64,000 bases of DNA from Octopus vulgaris (GCA_951406725.2 OX597821.1:85064001-85128000); one strand, 5' to 3'. Counted from the first letter of the stretch, positions 1 through 11,955 are shown. The notes: a model not told the origin generated them from the sequence alone. Made by a program: numbers and translations.

Positions 1-311
1 GTCTCAGTGAGAATGAAGAAAGGGATGTGGTGTGAATGGTTACCAACCCAGTCTTCAATGAATTGGACCTTCCATTTTTGTGCATTGATGGAAGGGCTGA
101 CACCTTGTGCATTGAGTAGGAATGTGGAGGTTAGTGTAGTGGCTGGTTTTGACTGTTGCAGGGGGCTTGGATTTTTTGTGTGTGTTAGTGGCAGCAATGT
201 GGGGAATTGGTGCACTGGGGTAATAGCATAGGATGGTGTTGAGTGATGGCTAGAATGTTTTTGTGTATCTCTTTTGCCATGTTCAACATGGCTAAAAAAG
301 AATTTTCCTGC
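1..311 (-). CDS. LINE ORF2 5' end (APE endonuclease), partial, no ATG before the domain
   Basis: Frame is open from the TAA at 312-314 to the window edge; it overlaps ORF1 in the -1 frame and contains FLLNAQG and FILTE endonuclease motifs. Confidence 0.75.
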
Positions 312-1414
312 TTAGGGAGCAGTTTTTGGCTGGAGGTGCGGTTGCACTGTTGGATAGGGTTGTAGTTTCCACTTTTGTTGTTGTTGTTTTTGTGTCTTCC
401 TGAAAAGACTGGACCAGCATTACTGCAGCATGGTGTGTTTCTATTTTTATTGTTATTCAGGTTTGTGTGTTGGCTTGAGGCCCCGTTTCTGTTTGTGCGT
501 CGGGTTCCTAGAAGATGAGTGAAGGGACAGTCACTCAGTAGACATGTTCTCTCACGTTGGGAATACCGGCAGATTTTGGGACTCCGAGTTGTGTGTGTTT
601 TGAATTTCGATTTACTATTTGGTGGTGTTGATGTTATTGTGGGATGCGTGCTTTGGCCTTGGCCGGTAGTGCGTCTAGTGCCGGGTAGATGCGTGAAGAT
701 GCAGTCACTATTTGTGCAGAGTCTCTGGCGCAGTGAATAGCGGCATATTTGGGGATTTCTTGTTTGTGCCGTGGGGGGCGCATTCTACTTCCTATGTTTC
801 TTTAAGTTTTTGTTACTGCAGTAGTATTGAGGTGGTGATGTGGGGGAAGAGGGCAGTGGTTTCTTATTTGGTTTTCTGTTGGTATTTTTGGTGATAGAAG
901 ACGATGGTGGCAGCGGGGGTGATGATGATGATGATAATTGTGGTGGTTGCTGTGAGAGCGGTGAAAAGATACTGGCATTTAGTGAATCGTCTAGTAAGCT
1001 AGAGTTGAGGAGTGGCTGTTGTTGTTCTTTTTGCTGTGGCTGTTGTTGTTGTTGTTGTGCCTGACCGATGTCAGGGTCAGCCATTGTGCTGGGAACCAGG
1101 AGTGGCTCATTCTGTTGTTGTTGTTGTTGTGGCTGCTGATTTTCTAGCTGTTGTTGTTCTTGAAAAGGGAAAATATGTAGAAGCTTTTCATAATGGCCTC
1201 TTATCAGTTTGAAAGATACTTCGATATGTTTCAACTTGCTACGAATCTGTTTGACGGATCGTGTGTTGACCACTTGTGATGTTTTTTCGGCAATCTCATT
1301 CAAACACAAGACATTTAGATTTTCTGTTTGGGAAAGAGAGAGCCATGTGTTTATTAAAACATCAATTTCGTTATCAGACCAATTTCGTCTGTTGCAGGCC
1401 TGCAAGTTAGTCAT
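185..1414 (-). pseudogene. LINE ORF1 (~409 codons, one internal TAG at 785-787): Myb/SANT-like N-terminus, polyQ/PS-rich linker, two CCCH zinc fingers
   Basis: ORF 785..1414 (RRNWSDNEIDVLINTW...RSVKQIRSKLKHIE) continues in frame past the TAG into CRYSLRQRLCTNSDCIFTH (689-745) and CRYSQRERTCLLSDCPFTH (515-571), both C-x8-C-x4-C-x3-H, and ends at TAA 185-187 (manual translation). Confidence 0.8.
293..299 (-). promoter_or_regulatory. Candidate -1 frameshift slippery heptamer U_UUU_UUA followed by hairpin GCCATGT-TGA-ACATGGC (276-292)
   Basis: Heptamer is in X_XXY_YYZ phase relative to ORF1 (TCT TTT TTA) and links to the open ORF2 frame. Confidence 0.55.
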
Positions 1415-1736
1415 GTTTGTTTTTCTTTTGTTTGTTTTCCTTTTGATTTTTGAAAAATATATATTCTTTCTTGGGAGTTAAAGAAGTGTATATATATATA
1501 AATGTTCTCTCTTAAGGGTGTGAGTTTTTGATTATTTGGTTGTTTGAGGATATTAAAAGAAAAACAGGTGTATATAACAATTTGTAGTTAAATGAAAACG
1601 TACTTACGGATTTGTAGGCAAACACGTGGTTACAAATATATATATATTTAAGGTCAGTTAGTTTTGAAGCTGTGTAGCTTGCTACTGACTCGGGAGAGAA
1701 ACAAATAGACGTCCGTCCAGTTCAACAGTTAATCCA

Positions 1737-1769
1737 CATATATATATGTACACACACACACACACACAC

Positions 1770-1822
<53 letters not shown>

Positions 1823-2259
1823 TATATGATTTAAAAGAGTTTGATTCGGTTTCATGCGACTTAAAATTTCACGGGCCTCTAACAGAAGCCCGTCATTTTC
1901 AGGCTTTAGATATAAGTATATATATATCGATACATACGTACATACATATATATGTAAAAGTTAAAAAAATACACAAACTGGGACAAGAACGTGAAACATT
2001 TAGAAGACGACAAAAAAACACAGACGGGACTTTCGAAGCTCTCAGTCATCAGTCAAGAACCAGATCATCTTCGCAATTTCGGCTGATTACATACGTACAT
2101 ACATATATACATACACACGCACACACACACATACACACGCACACACACACATACATACACACACACATATATATATATACATATATACATATATATATAC
2201 ATACATATATATATATATACACATATATATACATATACACATATGTACATATATACATA

Positions 2260-2315
<56 letters not shown>

Positions 2316-2344
2316 TATAAATACATATATACATATATATATGT

Positions 2345-2417
<73 letters not shown>

Positions 2418-2531
2418 TATATATTCATTGTATGAAAAAATTTTATAACATTCTTCTGACATAATGACTCAAATATATATTTTTTAACCTTTTAAAACAA
2501 GCCTTCTGTAGTTTTTTCGCTTTTTACTATT

Positions 2532-2608
<77 letters not shown>

Positions 2609-2610
2609 AA
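1737..2610. repeat. Compound (TA)n/(CA)n/(TACA)n microsatellites with short embedded repeat fragments
   Basis: Direct inspection. The fragment at 1955-2090 has a related inverted-orientation copy at 15270-15370. Confidence 0.9.
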
Positions 2611-3400
2611 TGTTAAATGAAATAGAGAAACACAATTCACATATCAAAAATTTATTTACATTATAATATAATTATACCATAAAAATATATAACATAATAT
2701 AACAAATCATTAAGACAAATATAAATCCAACAATTTGTTTCGACTCATATCACTAGGGAATTTATGAAAATTCACACTCATATAATAAAATGGACAGTGA
2801 TTATTTTCGATTAAAATATCATTAGAAGAATATTAATGGATATCCATAAGAACATTGCATGACCGTTGTAAATTTTATTTACTTAATTGTTTTACCTATT
2901 TGAATTTTGTTTTTGTTTTTATTATATTTTGTATATTCTTGAATTACTAACGCTCACGCTAGTAAACATAGGTATGTTTTAAATCAGTCTCTTTAATGAT
3001 TTAGCAGTCCTTGCCTGGAATTCTTGTCTGTTTTTTTGAACAAATATTGCCCTGAGGAGACTCATAGGCAAAAGTGTGAATTTTTACAAATTCACTTGTG
3101 GACATGAGTCGAAACAAATTGTTGAATTTGTATTCGTTTTAACTATTTGTCATATTATATTATATTATATTATATTATATTATATTATATTATATTATAT
3201 TATATTATATCTTTTTATAGTATAATTATATTATATTATAATATAAATATATTTTTAATATGTCAATTGAATTTCTCTATTTCCTTTAATATTTGTATAT
3301 TGTAATCATACCATATTTTTGTGGTATTCAAATGAAGTACCATTGAAAATTGAATGTTTTCCATCGCTTTGAAGGAAATAGCTTTTTCCATTGGTTTGGT
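2605..3400. mobile_element. Penelope-like LTR relic with an inverted partial copy and a hammerhead motif
   Basis: 2605-2780 is the reverse complement of ~3070-3300. Hammerhead core CTGAGGA-GACTCAT...ATGAGTC-GAAA at 3052-3114. Confidence 0.6.
3041..3135 (+). ncRNA. Type I hammerhead ribozyme (partly decayed, extended stem II)
   Basis: CTGAGGA (3052-3058), stem II GACTCAT/ATGAGTC, GAAA, stem III CAAATTG, GUU site. Stem I pairs better when the inverted copy is used (CAAATAT..CC / GG..ATATTTG). Confidence 0.55.
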
Positions 3401-3531
3401 ACATATATAAATATATATATATATATATATATGTACCAATATTCGTATTTCATGATGTTTAAGTTTTTGATGACGTCCTATACCCATATATGCGTACCTG
3501 TGTATGTGTATATATGTATGCATATAAGCAA

Positions 3532-3596
<65 letters not shown>

Positions 3597-3602
<6 letters not shown>

Positions 3603-3868
3603 GTTAGGGCAGCGGACTCGCGGTTTCGATTCCCAGACCGGGCGTTGTGAGTGTTTATTGATGAAAACACCTAAAAGCTCCACAAGGCTCCGGCAGGGGG
3701 GGGGGGATCCCTGCTGTACTCTTTCACCACTATTTCTCTCTTTCTTCTGTTGGCCTGCTCGCCTAGCCAGCGGGGTGGCGTCGTTCGAAGGCTAAAACAA
3801 TGCGAACGCATTGTGACCAGCGATGCGTAAAACATCTGATGGTCTGGTCGGTCACGTGATCACGTGAT
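3597..3868 (+). mobile_element. tRNA-derived SINE family C (5'-truncated), tail (TCACGTGA)n
   Basis: A/B-box-like head GTGGTTAGGGCAGCGGACTCGCGG...TTCGATTCCC; shared body with the copy at 4105-4412. Confidence 0.85.
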
Positions 3869-4104
3869 ATATATATATATATATATATAAGGCTAAAACA
3901 ATGCGAACGCATTGTGAACATCTGATGGTCTGGTCGGTCACGTGACCGACCAGACCATCAGATGTTTTACACATCGCTGGTTACAATGCGTTCGCATTGT
4001 GTAAAACATCTGATGGTCTGGTCGGTCACGTGATCACGTGATATATATATATATATATATATATCACGTGATCACGTGACCATATATATATCAGACTATA
4101 TATA

Positions 4105-4409
4105 CATATCACGTGATCACGTGACCGACCAGACCATCAGATGTTTTACACATCGCTGGTCACAATGCGTTCGCATTGTTTTAGCCTTCGAACGACGCCA
4201 CCCCGCTGGCTAGGCGAGCAGGCCAACAGAAGAAAGAGAGAAATAGTGGTGAAAGAGTACAGCAGGGATCACCACCACCCCCTGCCGGAGCCTCGTGGAG
4301 CTTTTAGGTGTTTTCGCTCATTAAACACTCACAAGGCCCGGTCTGGGAATCGAAACCGCGATCCTACGACCGCGAGTCCGCTGCCCTAACCACTAGGCCA
4401 TTGCGCCTC

Positions 4410-4412
<3 letters not shown>
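4105..4412 (-). mobile_element. tRNA-derived SINE family C, full length
   Basis: Reverse complement begins GGAGGCGCAATGGCCTAGTGGTTAGGGCAGCGGACTCGCGGTCGTAGGATCGCGGTTTCGATTCC. An isolated head copy lies at 4555-4610 (+). Confidence 0.9.
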
Positions 4413-4464
<52 letters not shown>

Positions 4465-4467
4465 ATA

Positions 4468-4552
<85 letters not shown>

Positions 4553-4993
4553 ATGTGGAGGCGCAATGGCCTAGTGGTTAGGGCAGCGGACTCGCGGTCG
4601 TAGGATCGCGTAGGATGGCAGAATTTTGGAGGGAAAATTTACGTTCCCAGTCGTTACTTGGTTTTAACATCTGCGCACTTCCCCCCACTATCTGATGTCG
4701 CTGGGTCAGAAGTGGGGGCTGGTGGCATTTGATAAAGCTATCGAATATAGCGCTGATGACGGAATTCAAACTCCCCTTTTTTTATGTTTGTGATCCAGAA
4801 ACACCGTGTTCGCTATTAACGGTAAGTGACTGAATTCGTATATTTGCCACTCCGGTTTTGTATATGTGAGCCGCAAGGGCCTTCGTTTTAGGAATCTCCA
4901 CTTATAGAAATGGAAAAAACGGTCTTTGACTGCCATTTCTAATTCCTTCGGTATGAGGCGAAACAGCTTGCTGCTAGCCAACTTATTTTTCTT

Positions 4994-5060
<67 letters not shown>

Positions 5061-5339
5061 CAACAATTGAGGGTAAAATTAATTAATTAATCAATTTCAC
5101 CAAGTGTTCAGTATGTAAAAGGACCATTTAAGGCGAATTCAAAATATTACATTATATAATTAGGGCTTAGTAAAATAAATTACTTTGCCACATACTGAAC
5201 TTAGTAGAAATAGCAGCCAAAAAAATTTTTCTTAGCATTTCTACTACTTAAAGAAAATTTCTCTCAGATAATGTTTACTCCAGACAGCTCACGAAGGTTT
5301 GGGGGTAAATACAGAAAAATATCACAAGTACATAGATCG

Positions 5340-5402
5340 TTTGAGTACGTCAACGTTTCAAGATTAGCCAAATAAAATCAGCATTTCTTTCGTCAGCTCA
5401 AA
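5340..5402 (-). ncRNA. Type I hammerhead ribozyme, intact core
   Basis: TTTGAG-CTGACGA-[AAGA..GCTGA/TTGGC..TCTT]-GAAA-CGTTGACG-TA-CTCAAA: 6-bp stem I, stem II, short near-palindromic stem III, GUA cleavage site. Lies in an AT-rich Penelope-like relic (5057-5480). Confidence 0.8.
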
Positions 5403-5487
5403 ATTTCTTAATTTGGATTTGGAAACACTAAAAAGAAGGAACTTTACCTATCAGCGAACTTGTCGCTTCAGATGAACCACATATATA

Positions 5488-5811
5488 TCCTTAAATCCTT
5501 AAATCCTTTAAAATGTTTTAGCCCGAAGGCCGCGGCCATGCTGGGGCACCACCGCTGAATGAGCTACACTAATTTGTGAATCCACCTCTGATACGTGGCA
5601 CTTGATCAACAAGGGAGTTCGATGCTGCTGCCCGCATCCGCGTCTCCTGTCGTGAGGTAGGTTTATCTGGGACTCCCAACAAGAAGAGATCCAGTTTAGT
5701 TTTAAAGAAACCCACATCCACACCATGTAAGTCTCTCAGGCATTTAGGGAGGATGTTAAAGAGCTGTGGTCCTCTGAAACCCAAGCTGTTGCAGTATCTG
5801 GACCTGTATTT

Positions 5812-5812
<1 letters not shown>
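5488..5812 (-). mobile_element. 5'-truncated 3' end of a CR1/L2-group LINE with (AAGGATTT)n tail
   Basis: Encodes SRYCNSLGFRGPQLFNILPKCLRDLHGVDVGFFKTKLDLFLLGVPDKP..., homologous to 15576-15926; inserted in (TA)n. Confidence 0.9.
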
Positions 5813-5865
<53 letters not shown>

Positions 5866-6204
5866 TAAATTAGAGATAAAACCACTATTAGGCAACTCAA
5901 ACAGTAATAGACATAAACATAAAAAACAAAAATAAATATAATTAGTATAACATATAATATATACACATATATATAAAATTTAAAATTCAAATTATTAAAA
6001 TTTCAAAATTTTAAATTTTCAAATTTATATTTTTTAATTTTTATATTTTTGAATTTTTGAATTTTTGAATTTTTTTTAATATCTATATAACTAACCAAAA
6101 AGTATAAAAAGGCTAAATATAATATAATAAGTATAATAAGTAATAAGTAAAATATAATAAGTAATATTATTTAATATAATAATATAATATAATATTATAT
6201 ATAT

Positions 6205-6590
6205 AGGCGCAGGAGTGGCTGTGTGGTAAGTAGCTTGCTTACCAACCACATGGTTCCTGGTTCAGTCCCACTGCGTGGCACCTTGGGCAAGTGTCGTCTA
6301 CTATAGCCTCCGGCCGACCAAAGCTTTGTGAGTGGATTTGGTAGACGAAAACTGAAAGAAACCCGTCGTATATATGTATATGTATATATATATGTGTGCG
6401 TGTATGTTTGTGTGTCTGTGTTTGTCCTAGCATTGCTTGACAACCGATGCTGGTGTGTTTATGTCCCCGTCACTTAGCAAAAGTACTGGGCTTACAAAGA
6501 ATAAGTCCCGGGGTCGAGTTGCTCGACTAAAGGCGGTGATCCAGCATGGCCGCAGTCAAATGACTGAAACAAGTAAAAGAGTAAAAGGAG
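6205..6590 (+). mobile_element. tRNA-derived SINE family A (internal TA/TG microsatellite, LINE-like tail)
   Basis: Head GGCGCAGGAGTGGCTGTGTGGTAAG...GGTTCAGTCCC; tail GGCGGTG..CCAGCATGGCCGCAGTCAAATGACTGAAACAAGTAAAAGAG; more than 15 related copies in the window. Confidence 0.9.
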
Positions 6591-6619
6591 TATATATATG
6601 TATATATATATATATATAT

Positions 6620-7047
6620 ATACAAGATAAGGGCAGAAGAAGAATTTCTAATGCCAGATACGCCGAAACAAAAAATTTGTCGATAACTATAAAATTTATG
6701 CGTCTCGAAACAAACCGATAGAAATCTCTAAAAAATTCGTTATTTCCGTATTGGTCCAAATTCGGGGTTAATTCACAAGAAATTTTCCCCTCTTCAGTGG
6801 CACTTACGCGAGATATAAATGAAATACTTATTCATACCCATGGAAGAAGCAAGCACTAAGTCCCGAGCAGACTTAAGTACCCCTAATATATCCAAATAGA
6901 AAAATCTTCGGCGCACCTTGAGACACGTGTGATTCGAACTAGAAACTTTCACAGAGTGATAGAATCCGGAAGTGAAACACTAATCTATTTATAATTGATA
7001 TAGAATAAAAAATTTTTCGGGAAAAAAACTTTATCAATGGCCAGCAA

Positions 7048-7050
<3 letters not shown>
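6620..7050 (-). mobile_element. Penelope-like LTR relic with a decayed hammerhead (6745-6803)
   Basis: Same family as 10085-10570. Core GCCA-CTGAAGA-GGGG...CCCC-GAAT-TTGGACCAA-TA-CGG. Confidence 0.6.
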
Positions 7051-7090
<40 letters not shown>

Positions 7091-7138
7091 TATATCATTT
7101 ATATTATTATTTGATTGGTTTATTTTAATTGTTTAATA

Positions 7139-7402
7139 CTGATGATGATGGCAATCCCTCAAGGTCGAGGATGATGGTCTTCGCGCAAATTTACTGGTGA
7201 GTCCGTAGGTGACCGATAAGACCAATTCTTGCTCGAAAAGATCGTCGCAGTGCGGACATCTAGTGCCGGAAGGGAGAGTCGCACGTGGTTGTTGTTGGCG
7301 CTCCTTCCGTCGTCATCTTTTCTCCTCCAGCTCTGCAGACCTTTTCGACTCGAAAGTCGCCGTTACCTCATGGATGGTGGTTTTCCAGAGTGGTCTGTTT
7401 TT
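7139..7402 (-). mobile_element. 3' end of an RTE-clade LINE (C-terminal C2H2 finger, (CAT)n tail)
   Basis: NRPLWKTTIHEVTATFESKRSAELEEKR*RRKERQQQP...RCPHC/RRSFRARIGLIGHLRTHQ* (one stop, one frameshift), typical of RTE ORF C-termini. Confidence 0.8.
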
Positions 7403-7464
7403 TACTACAAATATGGGCATGTATATGCGTGCATATGCGGATATATGTGCGTATGTGCGCATAC

Positions 7465-7523
<59 letters not shown>

Positions 7524-7779
7524 TGTATGTGTGTGCGCGTATGTGCGTGTCTATAAGCGTGTATGTATGTATACGTGTGTATGTATGCGTGTATATGTGC
7601 GCTGGCGTATGCGTGTGTATGCATGCATGCGTATGTGTGTATATGTATGTACATGTATATGTGTATGTATGTGTTTAGATATATATATATGCAAGCATGC
7701 GTACGGGTTTAAATACACAAGTACGCAGGCCTATATAATAATGTATACACACACATATATTTTCATCTGTGCGAGCGTA

Positions 7780-8992
<1,213 letters not shown>

Positions 8993-9001
8993 CAGACAGA
9001 C

Positions 9002-9077
<76 letters not shown>

Positions 9078-9782
9078 CGCTTCTGTACACGACATTGCCT
9101 ATACACCACACACATCCTACATATTGACTGACTATTACACAATCTTATTTGACCCTTCAACCCACGCTTGACATTCTCCACTCCTTAACATGAAAAGCAC
9201 GATATCCTATCAGAAAATATTTGACCCGCTACTTGACCTGCCCAATACACTGACCCCCCCCCCCCTTAATATGAAAACTACTAAGCTATAAAATGATACG
9301 TAAAACAATGGACTGCTTCGGTAGTCTCTTCTCACGCTACCTGACGAAGGGAAATTTTTTGATCCGAAATATTGGAATATTAATGCGGAATTTTAGACAT
9401 TTCTACTTCCTCGTCTCTGTTATTTATTGGCAACACCATATTATATATTATTTAATTACTCACTTGCATTGCTACCAGGTTCTACTAACACCCACTATTT
9501 TTCTCACTCATCGCAATGGTTCACATGAACTTTCAAACACACATACACATACACACACACACAAACATACACGCAACACATACACATACACACACACGCG
9601 CATACACACACACAATGGCTTTGTTGGTCGAAACTTCACAGCCACTGTCAACAACATTCTTGTATAAGGATAATAAATTGTACTATACAAAAGTATAGAG
9701 TAATCCGTAAGATTAATGGAAAATTGTTTTTATTATATCTTAACATAAAAGCAAACATTATTGTATATATATATATATATAT

Positions 9783-10070
9783 ACTCTTTTACTCTTTTAC
9801 TCTTTTATTTGTTTCAGTCATTTGACTGCGGCCATGCTGGAGCACCGCCTTTAATCGAGCAACTCGACCCCGGGACTTATTCTTTTGTAAGCCCAGTACT
9901 TATTCTATTGGTCTCTTTTGCCGGGTAAGTAACGGGGACATAAACACACCACCATCGGTTGTCAAGCAATGCTAGGGGGACAAACAGACACACAAACGCA
10001 TATATATATATACATATATACGACGGGCTTCTTTCAATTTCCGTCTACCAAATCCACTTACAAGGCTTAA
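9783..10070 (-). mobile_element. SINE family A, partial (a head fragment also at 10617-10779)
   Basis: Reverse complement of the family A tail and body. Confidence 0.85.
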
Positions 10071-10084
10071 TATAGGATATTAAT

Positions 10085-10566
10085 ATAGGATAAAATTTTT
10101 TTCGGGAAAAAAAATTTTATCAATGGGCAGCATATCAAAAAATGCCTTTAAAGGTAAAATTTATACATAATTTACAAGATAAGGGCAGAAGAAAAATTCT
10201 AATGCCAAATATGCCGAAACAAAAAATTGTTGATAACCATTATAATTTATGCGTCTCGAAACAAACCGATAGAAATCTCTAAAAAATTCGCCGAAGATTT
10301 TTCTATTTTGGATATATTTGGGGTACTTAAGTCTGTTCAGGACTTGGTGCTTGCTTTTTCCATGGGTAAGAGTAAGTATTTCATTTATATCTCGCGTATT
10401 TGCCGCTGAAGAGGGGAAAATTTCTTATTTGGACCAATACGGTAATAACGAATTTTTTAGAGATTTCTATCGGTTTGTTTCGAGACGCATAAATTATAAT
10501 GGTTATCAACAATTTTTTGTTTCGGCATATTTGGCATTAGAATTTTTCTTTGCCCTTATCTTGTAA

Positions 10567-10570
<4 letters not shown>
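10085..10570. mobile_element. Penelope-like relic with a ~120-bp near-perfect inverted repeat (10172-10290 / 10450-10566)
   Basis: Arms are reverse complements; same family as 6620-7050; deleted hammerhead at 10400-10446. Confidence 0.7.
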
Positions 10571-10617
<47 letters not shown>

Positions 10618-10776
10618 GACGGTTTTCGTCAGTTTCCGTCTACCAAATCCACTCACAAGGTTTTAGTAGGCCCGAGGCTATAGTAGAAGACCCTTGTCCA
10701 AGGTTCCACATAGTGAGACTGAATCCGGAACCATGTGGTTCGTAAGCAAGCTACGTACCACACAGCCACTCCTGTG

Positions 10777-10820
<44 letters not shown>

Positions 10821-11569
10821 AGAATAGTTAAGTTCTGGTGGGGTGCCGCTCTAACGTACGGTTGACCTTGGGGATTTTGTATTTGGTGAAGTCCTTCCCT
10901 CTTCAGGTTTGGACACAGTCGATTTTTTCCTTAAATAAAGAGAAAGTCAGAGGAAAACTTGAATGAAAGAAATTCAAAAGTTGTCCTAGGTAGGATTGGA
11001 CCTCTGAGTGCACTATACTGTAGTGTGTATGTATATAGTCGGTTTAAAAAAAAACAAAGAACAAAAGGAAAAAAAAACAAAAGTGAGGGCGCAGCAGAAG
11101 CAGTGTATTAATATGATGCTCGGTGAGGGAAGAGAGTTGTTTTACATTTCGAGCACAGCTCTTCGTCGAAATAGGGAAAAGAGGAAAGTCCAAAGGGGAA
11201 GAAGGAAGGAGGAAAATCACCAACAGTCCACATGCGGTTGCATTTCTGAAGTAACCGGAAGTAGAAGGAGAAAAAGAAAGTGCTTCCGGGGACAGGAGAG
11301 TGTAAAGATGATCGGTATGTGTATGTTTGTGTATGTGTGTGTGTATGTATATGTATGTATGTGTGGTAGCGTGTGTGTTTGTGTGCATGTGTGTGTGCGT
11401 GTGTTTGTGTGTGTGTGGTAACGTGTATATATGGTAGCCTATGTGTGTGTGGCAGTAACTGCGTGTGTGTGTGCGTGATAGTGTGTGCGCGTGTGGTGGT
11501 AACTGTGTGTATGTGTCTGTGTGTAATGTATGTGTGTGGCTGTGTGCGTGTGTGTGTAGCTCTGTGCAT

Positions 11570-11635
<66 letters not shown>

Positions 11636-11761
11636 TATCGCCAGTAAATCAAATCCGAAAGAGAAACACATTCCAGGTCATAGAGCAGATGAGTATTTCG
11701 GTAAAGAGAGTTGTGGCCGGCCTATGAGGTTACCCAGGGTTTTAAGTCCATTAAGCTCTTA

Positions 11762-11955
11762 GCTTTACGACGTCTTGTCAGACCCTAATGGTTGGTGGCC
11801 TATAACCTCTCTTCAAAGTAGAGGAAGAAAAGACCTCGTGGCTAGTTCTCCATTGTCTGTGTGTTCAACAACTAACTACGAGGTATTTTCTATCTCCACT
11901 TTGAAGAGGGGTTACAGGCCACCGGCTCTTCGGGTCTGACGAGACACTGTAAAGC
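11762..11955. repeat. Imperfect ~85-bp-arm hairpin
   Basis: GCTTTAC..GTCAGACCC..GGTGGCCT.TAACC.CTCTTCAAAGT.GAG..AGAAAA.ACCTCGT pairs with 11872-11955. Confidence 0.75.

Larger units (their letters stand above)
1..1740 (-). mobile_element. 5' part of a CR1/L2-group non-LTR retrotransposon (5' UTR, ORF1, start of ORF2); continues beyond the window start
   Basis: Minus strand reads 5' UTR (starting at a TA/CA microsatellite near 1740), ORF1, then an APE endonuclease N-terminus (TSTFLLNAQGVSPSINAQKWKVQFIEDWVGNHSHHIPFFILTE) similar to the ORF2 start of the LINE at 18200-18619 (TFLLNIGG...IASMETHL). Confidence 0.85.

Noticed and set aside
785-787. Programmed stop-codon readthrough in LINE ORF1
   Set aside because: Context AAG-TAG-AAT is not a known readthrough signal; a single nonsense mutation (e.g. 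CAG>TAG) in this copy is simpler.
2025-2060. Hammerhead-like CTGATGA...GAAA (also 15277, 9340, 10855-10910, 25503, 29355-29390)
   Set aside because: Stem I or core residues are missing; possibly decayed Penelope ends, but not supportable individually.
4340-4412. tRNA genes (also 37592, 51440, 62448)
   Set aside because: tRNA-like heads run directly into SINE bodies and lack a closed acceptor stem.
4745-4980. Hammerhead from CTGATGA (4753) and GAAACAGCTTGCTG (4960)
   Set aside because: The halves are 200 nt apart, stem II does not close next to GAAA and the cleavage triplet is misplaced.
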